In this document: one piece after another, positions 9,908 to 21,074 of the stretch | How positions within the stretch are numbered: position 1 is the first letter of the stretch | Layout of the letters: each line of letters opens with the position of its first letter | Source: Epithemia pelagica | Taxonomy: Eukaryota > Protista > Bacillariophyta | Reading direction: 5' to 3' | NCBI GenBank assembly: GCA_946965045.2 | Contig: OX337229.1 | Span: 620,001 to 684,000 of the forward strand | Length of the DNA stretch: 64,000 nucleotides | The notes under the pieces: model-generated | Told to the model about the DNA's origin: nothing | Database searches by the model: none | The model's input: the letters and a program-made list of their open reading frames with translations, nothing else | Position numbers and translations under genes: made by a program

Positions 9908-10552
9908 CTAGTAGTACTGTTCGAGGGGAAAGCCCAGAGTAATGGTGTCAAAGAAAAAGCCCGTGTCCGGATCCAAAAAGGCATCGGCGGTACCAAAGGC
10001 GGCTGCATATCCACCCGTTCCACCGGTAATGATAAAGTTGATTTCTGCTTGGGGAGGGGCCAAAACCGGTCCTTCCCCTGTAATGGCATTGAAAAAGTCC
10101 CTGGACAAGACAACCAAGTCACTAAAGTACAAGGTTCCCTGTCGAAAGTCTTGATGGTCGACGGTAATTTCATTCACGACATAGGTTCCACCGCAATTCA
10201 AAATCAATCGTCGATCGGTACTGTCGGGATTGGCTTGAGCGACAATGCAGGATTCAAATTTTTCTCCCACCACAGTCGGATCTTGAGGATTACCCGCCAA
10301 GATTTCCGTCGAAATGGACCAGGTGGCACCCACGTCAATTCCTTGAAAAATGACATTGGGACCGGCATTGTTGAACCAGTTGATGGCGAGCAAGGACTAC
10401 TCTTCTTTTTCCTTTTTGCCCTTTTTGGTTTTTTGTCCCTTGCCATATCTATATTTTTTGCCCGAGTCGGCATCCACGAAAAGACCCGCATTCCAATTGA
10501 GAAACAGCGTTGCTGTCTGGAGTAGGAGATTCCATGTCCACTGCCCTCTCAT
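9908..10552 (-). pseudogene. Secreted protein with Lys-rich N-terminus and dirigent/allene-oxide-cyclase-like barrel, interrupted by an in-frame TAG
   Basis: ATG 10552 gives MRGQWTWNLLLQTATLFLNWNAGLFVDA (signal-like) and GKKYRYGKGQKTKKGKKEKEE. TAG at 10397-10399, then the same frame continues SLLAINWFNN...FIITGGTGGYAAAFGTA...TAG at 9908. Confidence 0.6.
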
Positions 10553-11379
10553 GATCGTTTTGTTTTTTGTTTCTGTCAAAGCTGTGAAGCTGTGAGACCA
10601 GAGCAACCCTTGAATAAACAAGTTTGCTGGAGGAGAGAAGGACAAATTCTTTTGCTAAACTAGAATTGAATGTACCTAAGGTACAATTTTCGGCCACCAA
10701 AGTCACTGCGACCGATGGCGAACATTCCAATTGGTACAGTTTCCGTTGGTTCGAGCCGTTGGTGGCATTTTCGGCCACCAAACTAAGTGTTCATCACGAC
10801 CATCTCTGGTTCCCTGAACATGACACCTGCAGGTCTCTTTTCTACTGTACAAAGGAGATGGCGATGCGCATGTGAGTTTTCTTCTACACTCTCTCGTAGA
10901 CTTTATGTTGGATGCCATGGAAATGGAACGGCCTTGATTGCGTCTACAGTTTGTGGGAACGGAAAACGGAAGCGCAATCTCGGACCTCGCCCGCCGAATC
11001 TTGTCGCCGGCCCAGTTAGTGGGTCGCTTCTAGATCGCTCAAGTTTCCGTGGATCTTTGTTCAGTCCGGATCAATCGGAAAAAAGATCCATATTCTGTGG
11101 ACTGTCCACTATAAAGTACCATTGTAGAGAAAAGTGTAGACCAAACGAGGTTTTCCGAAGGCCATCGAAAGCGAACCACACGCCAAGGGCACGTCTGCGT
11201 CGACAACGACAGGTCGAGTTGCATCTACCACCACCAAACTCTCCTCGCTGCTGCCCATGAGCAAACGAAAGCAATCGTCTCTGTCGTCGTCACAACAACC
11301 ACAAAAAACAGAAGAGGAGTCATTATCATCTCCCATTTGTTCCAACAAAGCAGCCAAAGTATCGATACCAACCACCAAA

Positions 11380-13276
11380 ATGGCATCGGCCGAAGAAGTA
11401 AGTCATTGGATCTATATCTTTCTTGGACAGCACATTTGGTTTGTGAATTGCGCGATTGCAGGATGACGACGCTTCTCTCACATAATCATGATTCTTGTTG
11501 TCTTCTCTCCCGACTCTCTCTGGTTGATGCTGACAGTTTAAACAAAAAGGCAATACTGCCTTGCAAGCGGGCAATACATCGGAAGCGATTGAATGTTACA
11601 CAAAGGCGATTAATGTGGATGGATCCAATCACGTGTACTATTCCAATCGCAGTGCTGCGTACTTGAAACAAGGCGATGCCAACAACGCCTTGGAAGATGC
11701 CAATGCTTGTATTGGTCTCAATCCAGAATTTGCCAAGGGATATTCCCGCAAGGGCGCCGCCCTGCACGCCCTCAAACGATACAACGATTCCATTGCTGCC
11801 TATCAAGAAGGGTTGGCCAAATTCCCCAACGATGCCGGAATTCAAAAAGGATTGGACGATGTTCAACGAGACAAGGATCAACCTCCGACGAGCGCCGCTG
11901 GTGCTGGTGGTGGCTTGTTTTCTCCCGAAATGATGGCCCGCATGGCCATGGATCCTCGCTTGCGACCCTTGTTGAACGATGCCGAATTAATGGCCAAAAT
12001 TCAGATGGTACAACAAAATCCCAATTTACTTCCCACCATGTTGCAAGATCCCAAAATGATGCAATTGCTGAGTCACATGATGGGACAAGAAGAAGGAGGA
12101 GAAGGAGGAGCAGCCGAACCATCGACATCGACTACCGCCGCCGACGCAAAACCCACCACCACTACTACTCCTGCTCCGAAACCTAGCACTAAAGAATCGA
12201 CCGAACCAAAGGAACCGGAAAAACCAAAAGAAGAGGAACCAGAAGAAGATTGGTCGCATCTTACTCCGGAGGAACGCAAAGTCAAGGAAGATCAAAAAGA
12301 GGCTACCAAACAAAAGGCGGAGGGCAATGAATTGTACAAGGCCAAAAAGTTTGAAGAGGCCTTGGCCAAGTACGATCAAGCCATTGAATTGGATCCTACC
12401 AACATGGCCTTTTATTCCAACAAGGCTGCCGTCTACTTTACGCAAAAGAAATACGATGATTGTATTGAACTGTGTCTCAAGGCGGTGGCCGTTGGAAAGG
12501 AACATCGAGGTCCCTTTGAAGATCGGGGCAAGGCCTACTTGAGAGCAGCACGTGCGTATCAAAAAAAGAAGGATTTGGAAAATGCCATCAAAATGTGCAA
12601 TGAAGCTCAATTGGAAAATTACGACAAGGAGACGCAACGACTGCTCAAGACACTGGAATTGGAAAAGAAAAAGGCCGATGCTCTGGCCTACCAATCGGAC
12701 GAAAAGGCCGAAGAAGAAAAACAAAAGGGCAATGAATTCTTCCGCAACAAGCAATGGCCCGAAGCCGTACAAGCCTACGAAGAAGCGGTCAAACGGGCTC
12801 CCAAAAATGCCCCCATTCGCAACAATTTGGCCGCGGCCTTGTGCAAGATTATGGATTTTAGCGGCGCCAAACGACACGTGGAAGTCGCCTTGGACATTGA
12901 TCCCCAATATGTCAAGGCCTGGGCTCGCAAGGGCGATATTGAAATGTACATGAAAGAATATCACAAGGCCATGGAATCCTACAAAAAGGGTCTCGCCTTG
13001 GAACCAGACAATGTCGCCTGTAAGGAAGGCTTGAACAAGGTCATGATTCAAATCAATTATGGACGACAAACCATGACGGAATCGGAAAAGAAGGAACAAG
13101 CCGCCCATGCCATGGCCGATCCTGAAATTCAATCCATTTTGCAAGATCCCGTCATGCAACAAATACTGCGAGATTTTGGAGAAAATCCGGCCGCCGCCCA
13201 AAGTGCCATGGCCGATCCCACCATTCGGGCCAAGATTGAAAAACTCATTGCCGCCGGTGTCATTGAAACACGCTAA
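11380..13276 (+). CDS. STI1: Hsp70/Hsp90 organising protein (STI1/HOP), 2 exons
   Basis: Exon 1 11380-11397 (MASAEE); intron 11398-11536 (GTAAGT...CTGACAG); exon 2 FKQKGNTALQAG... TPR1-DP1-TPR2A-TPR2B-DP2 architecture (YSNRSAAY, MAMDPRL, AMADPEIQSILQDP). Confidence 0.95.
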
Positions 13277-14185
13277 CTGCAAACCAATTCACACTCGTGG
13301 TGCAAAAGTCTATTCATCCTATTGTAGAAAAGCAAGAAATCGACGGCGCAGTAGAAGAAGAAGCTGGAACAAGAGTCGATTTGCGTCTGTTCCCTGTCCA
13401 TGATGTACTAGTATGCGTCGATCTGTTCTTGTTGTTTAGAACGATGGCCGGTTGTGTGGCTCGGACGCTGTCTCCCAATTGACACTCACATAAGATACAT
13501 TGATACAAGGCATTTGTCGCCTGACATTTTAGAAAAAAGTCATTCCATTGGTAGTAGGCGAGTTATTAGAATACTTTGTTGGATATTTCCGAACTAGGTA
13601 AATGGCGTGCTTTTTGTGCTTGACATGGATGCCTTGCAAGTTGTATCAGTAGGAAAATCGTACGGTTCATGTGTCTTTAATCTTCCATTGTCACTTTATC
13701 AGACAAACTACGATGCTAGCTACGGGGTGGTCCCTCCAGTCGGTCCTTGGGATGGGTAGGTTTCGGGTAGAGGATATGATTCCAAAAAGCCTTTCTAGAA
13801 ATTCGATGCTGTACGCTTTAACATACGTGGGGAAACTTGAGATGACGTAATATAATTATATGTGGTCCCTCCCGGAAACGTCAGCAATGATGAAACGGTA
13901 GAACATTCCTGATTGGTCAAAAGCATTTTCGGGGCTTTTTTGGAAGTCCGAACTTTCATTAAAGAGGAACATCGATGCGAAGCATTGAATGGGTTGGCTC
14001 TACCCTGAAGTTCTGTAAGAACCGGCTGCAAACCCACATGAACAACAGCAACAACAGTTGCCCACACGGCTGGGAAACAAGGAGAACAGCAGCCATAGTT
14101 GGACCATGGAAAGGAGCTCCAAGTAACTCGTCATCTCCCGAAATCTCAACTTCAGACATCAACAAGAAGAGCAGCATCGCCAACC

Positions 14186-16183
14186 ATGACATCCCATCCG
14201 AGTGGTGGCAAACGTAGACGGACCGAAGGACCCGACCGAACCTCTGATCGTGAATCCGTGCTGCCCACTCTTTTGAATGAAAATAAATGGGACGAGGCCA
14301 CTGCTCATGTACAAAGGTACCCCTGTGATGCGAGCTCTTCCAAAAATCCCTCACCCTTGGCACTGGCTTGTCGTCTCGGAGCGCCTCGCGATTGTGTCCA
14401 GACTATTCTGGAGGCCTGTCCCAACAAACTCCGCAATGTATTGGACGCCAGGGGTACCCCCATTCACGAAGCCATTGTCTGTGAAAATGTGGGAGTTCCA
14501 GTCATTGAATTGTTGTTACGAGCCGACGAGGAGATGGAAAAGGCTGACAAAAATCGAACCGAACAGCAGGACACTGACTTTGTAGCCACGAGAGCAACAC
14601 TCTTGCAAGACGTGGATGGCTTCACTCCACTTCATTTACTGATCCGACGCCGGTACCAAGCGCACATGCTCAATGAGGAAACTGCCAATTTGATGCAAAT
14701 TCTCGAAATGCTTGTCAGCTCGTGTCCTGAAGCTGTTCTGGTGCCGGACCTGGGGGAGTATGAAGAACCACCCGTGGTCTACGCCTTGAAAGCAAACATT
14801 TATGCACCGGCCTTGGTGTCGGATGAAGGCACTCAGTGGCGCATTGAACGACAAATTTACGAAATGCTCGATTGCATGCTCAGGTACTGCCCCCAAGCAG
14901 CTAGTCAAGTATTCAGTGGGTATCGTGGACAGTACACAGCCTTACATTCGGCCGTCTTTCATGGCAGAGAGACAAAGACCATTGAATTGTTGCTCAGTAC
15001 GGAAGCCCGAACACGGAGGGATGGGGAAACTAACTGTCTATTGTCCAATACGCAAGGGGAACTACCTCTTCATTTTTGTACCATGAGAGGGGAACGTCCG
15101 CGCTCTGTAGCCGTTATTGCGGAAGCAGCTCCGGAAGCTGTCATAAAGAGAGATGCCACCGGTCTCACTCCTGTTCATTGGTTGTGGGCACGGTTTGTGA
15201 GTGGACTTCAGGCATTGGACCGAATGCGTATGGGCTATGACACAACAGTAGATCCTCTCCGTATTGTACAGGATCCGACGCGTAGCGCCTATACGGCTTT
15301 TGCTTCGTTGGAACGGAGAGACATGGAACTTGATCTGCAACTGATTCGGCGCATGGATCCACCAGTGGACTTTTTGAGAATGCGTCATATTCCAGTGGAC
15401 GTTTTGGGGCCAGCAGACTCTATCGAATGGGCCAATCAAACCACTAGACTCTTGCAGCATCTACGAGAACGCCACAATCGTGGATCGGATGGCGATGGCC
15501 ACGTTTGGAGTCGGCGTGAGTGTGTAGTGGCCCTATTTTGGACCAAAGCGGTGTCCCTAATCAAGGCGTCAGCGATTGCGATCAACGATGCTCCTCGTGG
15601 CGATGCAGTCCTTGTCCATTGTGCGTTTGCCTCGCCTTCCTGTCTACCAGCAATAGCACGAATTGTATCAGACCTATATCCGGAAGAACTCGCTCTACCC
15701 GATGATCGAGGTCGGCTCCCCTTACACTATGCCGCCTCTCGGCCATTTCATGAATGGGATTTGCCTCGTGGACACTCGGAGAGTTGCGCAGCAAGCGAAC
15801 TTCTCCTGAACGAGACTCTCTGTGTCATTGAAACCGCGCTTGAACTTTCCTCATACGAGTCTTTGTCGAGACGAGACAACGAAGGGCGACTTCCTCTTCA
15901 CATTATGATTGACAACATTGCGGCATCATGTGCGCGATACCCTCTGACGCTCGAAACCACACAAAAGTTGGTGTCCCTGCTCGACAGGTTTGTCAGAAAC
16001 AATCAAGTTTCACTTGCTTGTCGTGATGGACGTTCCAACCTGTTTCCTTGTTTACAGGCGACGGCAGCTGCTGCCGAACACTACTCCAAGTCGACATGTG
16101 CACAGTTTGATCAACTGTCGCTCACCATTACCTATCAGCTTATGCGGGAGAATCCAGAAACGCTGATTGCTCTTCGATTTTAA
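14186..16183 (+). CDS. Diatom-type ankyrin-repeat-like protein
   Basis: Repeated ankyrin-like hairpins: SPLALAC, GTPIHEAI, DGFTPLHLL, YTALHSAV, GELPLHFC, GLTPVHWL, GRLPLHYA, GRLPLHI, NLFPCLQA. First ATG at 14186 in an ORF open from 14099. Confidence 0.75.
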   Translation: MTSHPSGGKRRRTEGPDRTSDRESVLPTLLNENKWDEATAHVQRYPCDASSSKNPSPLALACRLGAPRDCVQTILEACPNKLRNVLDARGTPIHEAIVCENVGVPVIELLLRADEEMEKADKNRTEQQDTDFVATRATLLQDVDGFTPLHLLIRRRYQAHMLNEETANLMQILEMLVSSCPEAVLVPDLGEYEEPPVVYALKANIYAPALVSDEGTQWRIERQIYEMLDCMLRYCPQAASQVFSGYRGQYTALHSAVFHGRETKTIELLLSTEARTRRDGETNCLLSNTQGELPLHFCTMRGERPRSVAVIAEAAPEAVIKRDATGLTPVHWLWARFVSGLQALDRMRMGYDTTVDPLRIVQDPTRSAYTAFASLERRDMELDLQLIRRMDPPVDFLRMRHIPVDVLGPADSIEWANQTTRLLQHLRERHNRGSDGDGHVWSRRECVVALFWTKAVSLIKASAIAINDAPRGDAVLVHCAFASPSCLPAIARIVSDLYPEELALPDDRGRLPLHYAASRPFHEWDLPRGHSESCAASELLLNETLCVIETALELSSYESLSRRDNEGRLPLHIMIDNIAASCARYPLTLETTQKLVSLLDRFVRNNQVSLACRDGRSNLFPCLQATAAAAEHYSKSTCAQFDQLSLTITYQLMRENPETLIALRF

Positions 16184-16797
16184 CCGCTTTTTCAGATTCC
16201 ATACTTTTTTCTGCATTTTCATGACATTCACCGCATCTCAACAGCACTCCTACAAGAGGATTCTTTCATTTGTTCTCATATTACAACGTTTACCCTCGAA
16301 CGACCATATACAGCACAACGCAAACATACTTGTAATTGATATTGTTTACTTCCCAAACCCTAATCAAAGCATTAACGGGCAACTTTTAACTCCAGATATC
16401 CCTACTTGTGTCCAGTTTTGCGGTTCGTGAATGTAGGCCAACAGCACTCACTTTGTTAGTGTCGCCTCTGGGAAAACATTGGCGGCACTCTAGATCAAGG
16501 TCGGCGATGTTTATTGAGCATGAATTCTCGAAATTCAGAGAGAGAGGTTAATCCGATTTTTTCCCAACCCATGAAATCGAGTTTGGAACTTGGAATAAAC
16601 CTCTGGTATCCATAAAGAGGGTTGCAATGCATCCAACCTATTCAGCGGCGCCCGGCCTCACAACGAGCCTGCGTCTGGTAGGATTGACCATCACTTGAGC
16701 ATGCTGCAGCACCGCTACGCCTCATTGTGCCTTGATTGCACATAAAAAACTAGGAACCAAGCGTTGCTTCATCATCTTCTTCTCGAATTAAAAAGTG

Positions 16798-19290
16798 TCA
16801 CGTCTCCAAGTGGTATCCGGCATTCCGGAGTGCTCTTGAAAGATTGGGGCGCTTTTCCCATACCTTGTCTCGAAGAATCCAATTCCGATAAGAACGTGGG
16901 ACTACATTCCACTCTTGACCCGAATATTTTCCAAAATCCAAGACAAAATTCACCGTTGTCGACGACGACGACGACGAACCAGCACTTTCACTCTGGCAAA
17001 CATGACGACGAAAGGAGCTCAGGGGCGGTGGTGCGGCTACATTTTGCCCCGCCCGAGCCAAGGCATGCCACAGTCGGGGACGCTCTTTCCAAACTTGTCT
17101 TTGAACCAAAAATTCAATGTAGTTTGTTGGTACTTGGTCCAACCGACGTCCATTGTATTTACCAAAATCAAAACAATAGACCTCATTTGATTCCTCTGTT
17201 TTGTTGTCTTGACCACCTTCGCGTGGGTGAATGAGTTCATCAATAACCTTTTGTTTGTTCACAAGCGTCTGGGCGATGAATTCATCCAGGGTATCGGCAA
17301 AGACAAAGTACTGAACTTCCACACAATTAACTTGACCTACTCGATGGCACCGATCTTCCGCCTGGCTCATGTTCGCTGGTGTCCAATCCAATTCCAAAAA
17401 TACAACGCGGGAGGCGGCCGTCAAGGTCAAACCTACACCGGCCGCAAGCATGCTGCCAACAAAGACAGACACGCGCGGATCGTTTTGGAAGCGATCGACG
17501 GCCTCTTTACGTTCCTCGTCCGACAGGCCTCCGCGCAAACAAACAGAGCGTACGCGTCCAAAATGTTTCAATAAGCCATCCATTAGATCCAAGTGATGAC
17601 AAAAGACCACCACCTTGTTTTCGGATTTGAGTATATCTTCCAACAGTTCTAGCGCCGGTTCCAATTTCTGCATGGCCGTGTTGTGACGAATGCGAACCAA
17701 AAGCCCCAGCACATGTTGGTTAATCGCAAAGCCGGAATACTCTGGGAATTCTTGTGCAATATAGTCTCGTAGTTCCATTGCCATGGCTCCAAAAGCTTCC
17801 AAATCCTTCTTTTGGTTAGCAGTCTCTAGTGCCTTGCTTCCTCCCGCCGCGGTTTGATTGACCTTGCTTCGTACCACGGACCGCTTTTGCGTGGAGCTTG
17901 GCTCTTTTTCATGTTGTTGTTGTTGTTGTTTGAGTTTTTGCAATTTTTGCAACAGCTCCTGAATTTCTTGTCGTTCGCGTTGGGCCACATTGCTGCCATC
18001 AGGGGGTGTCAACACGACACAGGATCGCACCTTGGCAGGCATTTGCTTCAAAACGTCCTTCTTTTCGCGGCGCAACACGAAACCTTCCAAAAGCTTGTGC
18101 AATTCAGGGAACTGTTGCATCGTTGTACCGTCTTTCACAACGTGTTCCGGATTGCAAAACTCACGATAAAACTGTGCCCTGGTATAGTTCCACACACCCG
18201 CTCGTCGGTGGATGGCTCCCCGGGGAGCGTAAAGTTCGAAGGGACGATTGGGCATGGGTGTACCAGATATGAGCCACAGGTATTCGGAAACGACTCCCGG
18301 ATGTTCGTGGCTGCCATCCCCGAACACGGCCAGGGTCCGTTGCGTGTGCGGGGTTTTGAGACGATGGGCTTCGTCGCAAATCAAAACATTGTAGGCAATC
18401 TGCTGCAACTCTTGTTCGTGTTTTGGACACAAATCGTAATTAATCATGGTTATCGAAACGGCCTTTTCTGTTTCTTCTTTTGGTTGAAGACCATCCTCCG
18501 TAGTGGAGGGTGTGGACTTGGCGGCTTGAATCCGGTTGAGTTGATACGACACTTGCATCCATTCCTTTAGTTCATTTTGCCACACCCCCAAGACCGACTT
18601 GGGACATACGATAAGGACTCGAATGGGAGACAGAGGACGATTGGTAGAATGACGACTGCGTGGACGAGTTCGCGCCAAGTGATTCAAGGCTTCAATGCAT
18701 TGCACTGTTTTCCCTAGTCCCATCTAGATAGGTAGAATGGATATGAGTCCAAGAATGAATCCACAACGATAGTCCCCATCCCAAACGGACATGTCTATCG
18801 TGAGTATATCAGTGCAACCACACGATCCGCACCCATATCCTCTCCTCTTTGGACTCACCTCATCGGCCAAAATGCATCGTTTCTTGGACAACAAAAATCG
18901 GACACCATCTTGTTGAAAGGGAAAGAGTTCCTTGTTGTTGATGGAGGGCGAAGATACCACATCATCGTCATTCTCCACAGTAGTAGCAGTGTCACGAGCC
19001 TTCCACTCCAAAGGCTTGGTATGGGTGGAAAACCAACCACCAGATTCTGCATGCAGTAGTGGATGGATCGTACCACGCATTGACGACCATGGGCTGATTT
19101 TCCCGGAACAAAGGCATGCGGTCGACAATGACGAATGGTAAAGTGTTGTGTTTGCTGTAATGGGTACCAAATGGTAGCTGTACCAGGATTGTCGTCGTCT
19201 CCATGCAGCACCTCGTTGACACAAGGATTTGGAAACGGCGGTTGTCATTGCCTTGCCTGGACGACACAAGAAAACAAGAGAAACCACCAT
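16798..19290 (-). CDS. SNF2-family helicase (SMARCAL1/ZRANB3-like) with two C-terminal FGKY repeats, 2 exons
   Basis: Exon 1 19290-18859 ends CILADE; intron 18858-18724 (GTGAGT...CTAG); exon 2 MGLGKT, ICDEAH, ISGTP.PNRP, VVVFCHH, AAGVGLTLTAASRVVFLELDWTPANMSQAEDRCHRVGQ. Confidence 0.9.
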
Positions 19291-20286
19291 ATTCTCAATT
19301 CACAATGCTGCAATGATGTTTCTGGCATAGAATACGACCAATCGATGGATACAACAAGGGCCGATCCAAAACGGTTGGGCCCTATCGTATAAAGAAAAAC
19401 TACGAATTGATCAATCTCTTTTTTCTCTCTTCTTCATCCCATCAACAACACCAAACCACACGCACTTGACACAAACACAAGATAGAGTGAGAAAGGGAAC
19501 CGCCAACTTTTGTGGACTCACAACACACACGGTCGTCGCGGCCATGGTCCGACATTCCCCAATAATTTTTGGTGTGAATCTCGAGTGTGTATTCAGATGT
19601 CCATGTCGGAACGTGCGTCACATCCATGTCGTGGGTTCCCCTCTCCTTATTCGCGACTGGATGCGCGCAGGCCAGAAATAAATTGCGCTCGGCGGTTGAT
19701 TTTTTGGCAAGAGACAAACGCGCCGGCGGAGCGAAACGTTGTCATAATTCTCTAATTGCACACAAAACCTTTCTCGTACGCAATAGAGGTGGCTCCAGCA
19801 ACCAGCAACAACTCATCTCTGCTGGAGCTAGGTAAGCGCTGGAGACGGAGACGTCTCTGCTGCAGCTAGGTATGCGCGTCCGCTGGAGAAAAGACTACCT
19901 GTGCTACTAGCTAGGATGAAAATACTTAACTAGGAGTAGAAGCTAGTGAATCTATCTTATGGTGAGAACACATGCTCCCAATTCTCACGTAAAAAATTTA
20001 AATCTGTAACGGTGGAAGTCCGGTGATGCTTGTTTTGCAGATATGATCAGTCCTGCAATACTGAACGCCCGTTCAGAAGAGGCAGCAGTCGCAGGCAATG
20101 CAAGATATTTTCTTGCTAGGCGCCAAATGTTGGGACCTTCTTTTTCTGGGTGTCCTTCGTAGTGCCATCCATATCACCTTTGACGAGTCATCATTATTAT
20201 TGCAATCAGACATTGTGGAAGGCAGTGTAGAGCAAATGAATGACACAGGGTCAGTAATGACCAGTGCGGAGCAAATGAATGACATG

Positions 20287-21001
20287 AGTTGAAGGTGGGT
20301 AGAAAGCTAACTCTAGACGATAGGGTTAGATACAGTAGTTTCTTTAGGTCAACCTATATGCACAATAGACGATGGGGCCCTCACCTTCTATCAGCGTAAT
20401 AGGTCGACTTCTCCGTTACAAAACAAGTTTGGTTATCAAACTGGACGTTTATAAAGAAGTGAGATTAAACTAAAGATTGTGTTTTTCATCTTGAGATGGT
20501 TTGGCTCCTCTCGGATCGTTCGGCCATCATCCCCCAAAATCTAGTCGTAGATGGGGAACGTATTCCTTACTTCAGTGGACAAGTACTATGGAGCTACGAT
20601 TAGGGACTGATAGAACTTGTTCTACTCCATAGAGGAATGTGTTCCATCTTGGGTTGGATCTCCTGTTGATGAAGATCAAGTTCTATTCTCGAGGATCACG
20701 TTCTTTTCTCGATCCTCGATTTATGTAGCTCTTGCTTCCGAGTGTAGCTCGTCCAGCGTACATCTCTTCCGAATAGTAGAGGGCATAGTTATGCTTATCC
20801 ACAAATTCCTGTTACGGGTCCGTCTGTCCGTTCAACGGCTTACTTCTATTTAAGTACACGTAATGAGTCTTAGATACACGTCAAGGTTTGTGTCGCATAC
20901 AGCGGTTTGTAACAGATGTCTCAAACCTGGACGATAAACTAGGTGTGCTAGCTGGACTAGTTGATCGGATACAGACGTTGTAGAATAGCTATGTCTTAAC
21001 T
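20287..21001 (-). repeat. 3' LTR (715 bp), termini AGTT...AACT
   Basis: Matches 29924-30638 (offset 9637). Bounded by the TSD on the left and the PPT on the right. Confidence 0.95.
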
Positions 21002-21010
21002 CTCCCTCTC
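21002..21010 (-). other. Polypurine tract GAGAGGGAG
   Basis: Directly abuts the 3' LTR on the minus strand. Confidence 0.8.
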
Positions 21011-21074
21011 ATGGAGTGATTTCTCAAATTGCGATATGCCCCGATATGTCGGAGGGCAGAAAGGGAGAGAGGAG

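Noticed and set aside
12026-13282. 418-aa minus-strand ORF
   Set aside because: Antisense shadow of STI1, caused by codon bias.
16540-16745. Possible structured ncRNA between the ankyrin and SNF2 3' ends
   Set aside because: Only short, scattered stems; no recognisable RNA family or Pol III signals.
17854-18570. 238-aa plus-strand ORF, and similar overlapping ORFs across 33.8-34.6 kb, 45-47 kb and 54.7-55.3 kb
   Set aside because: Antisense or alternate-frame shadows of well-supported genes, with no motifs.
20617-20853. 78-aa ORF duplicated at 30254-30490
   Set aside because: It lies within the LTR, antisense to the element, and has no protein features; the duplication just reflects the LTRs.
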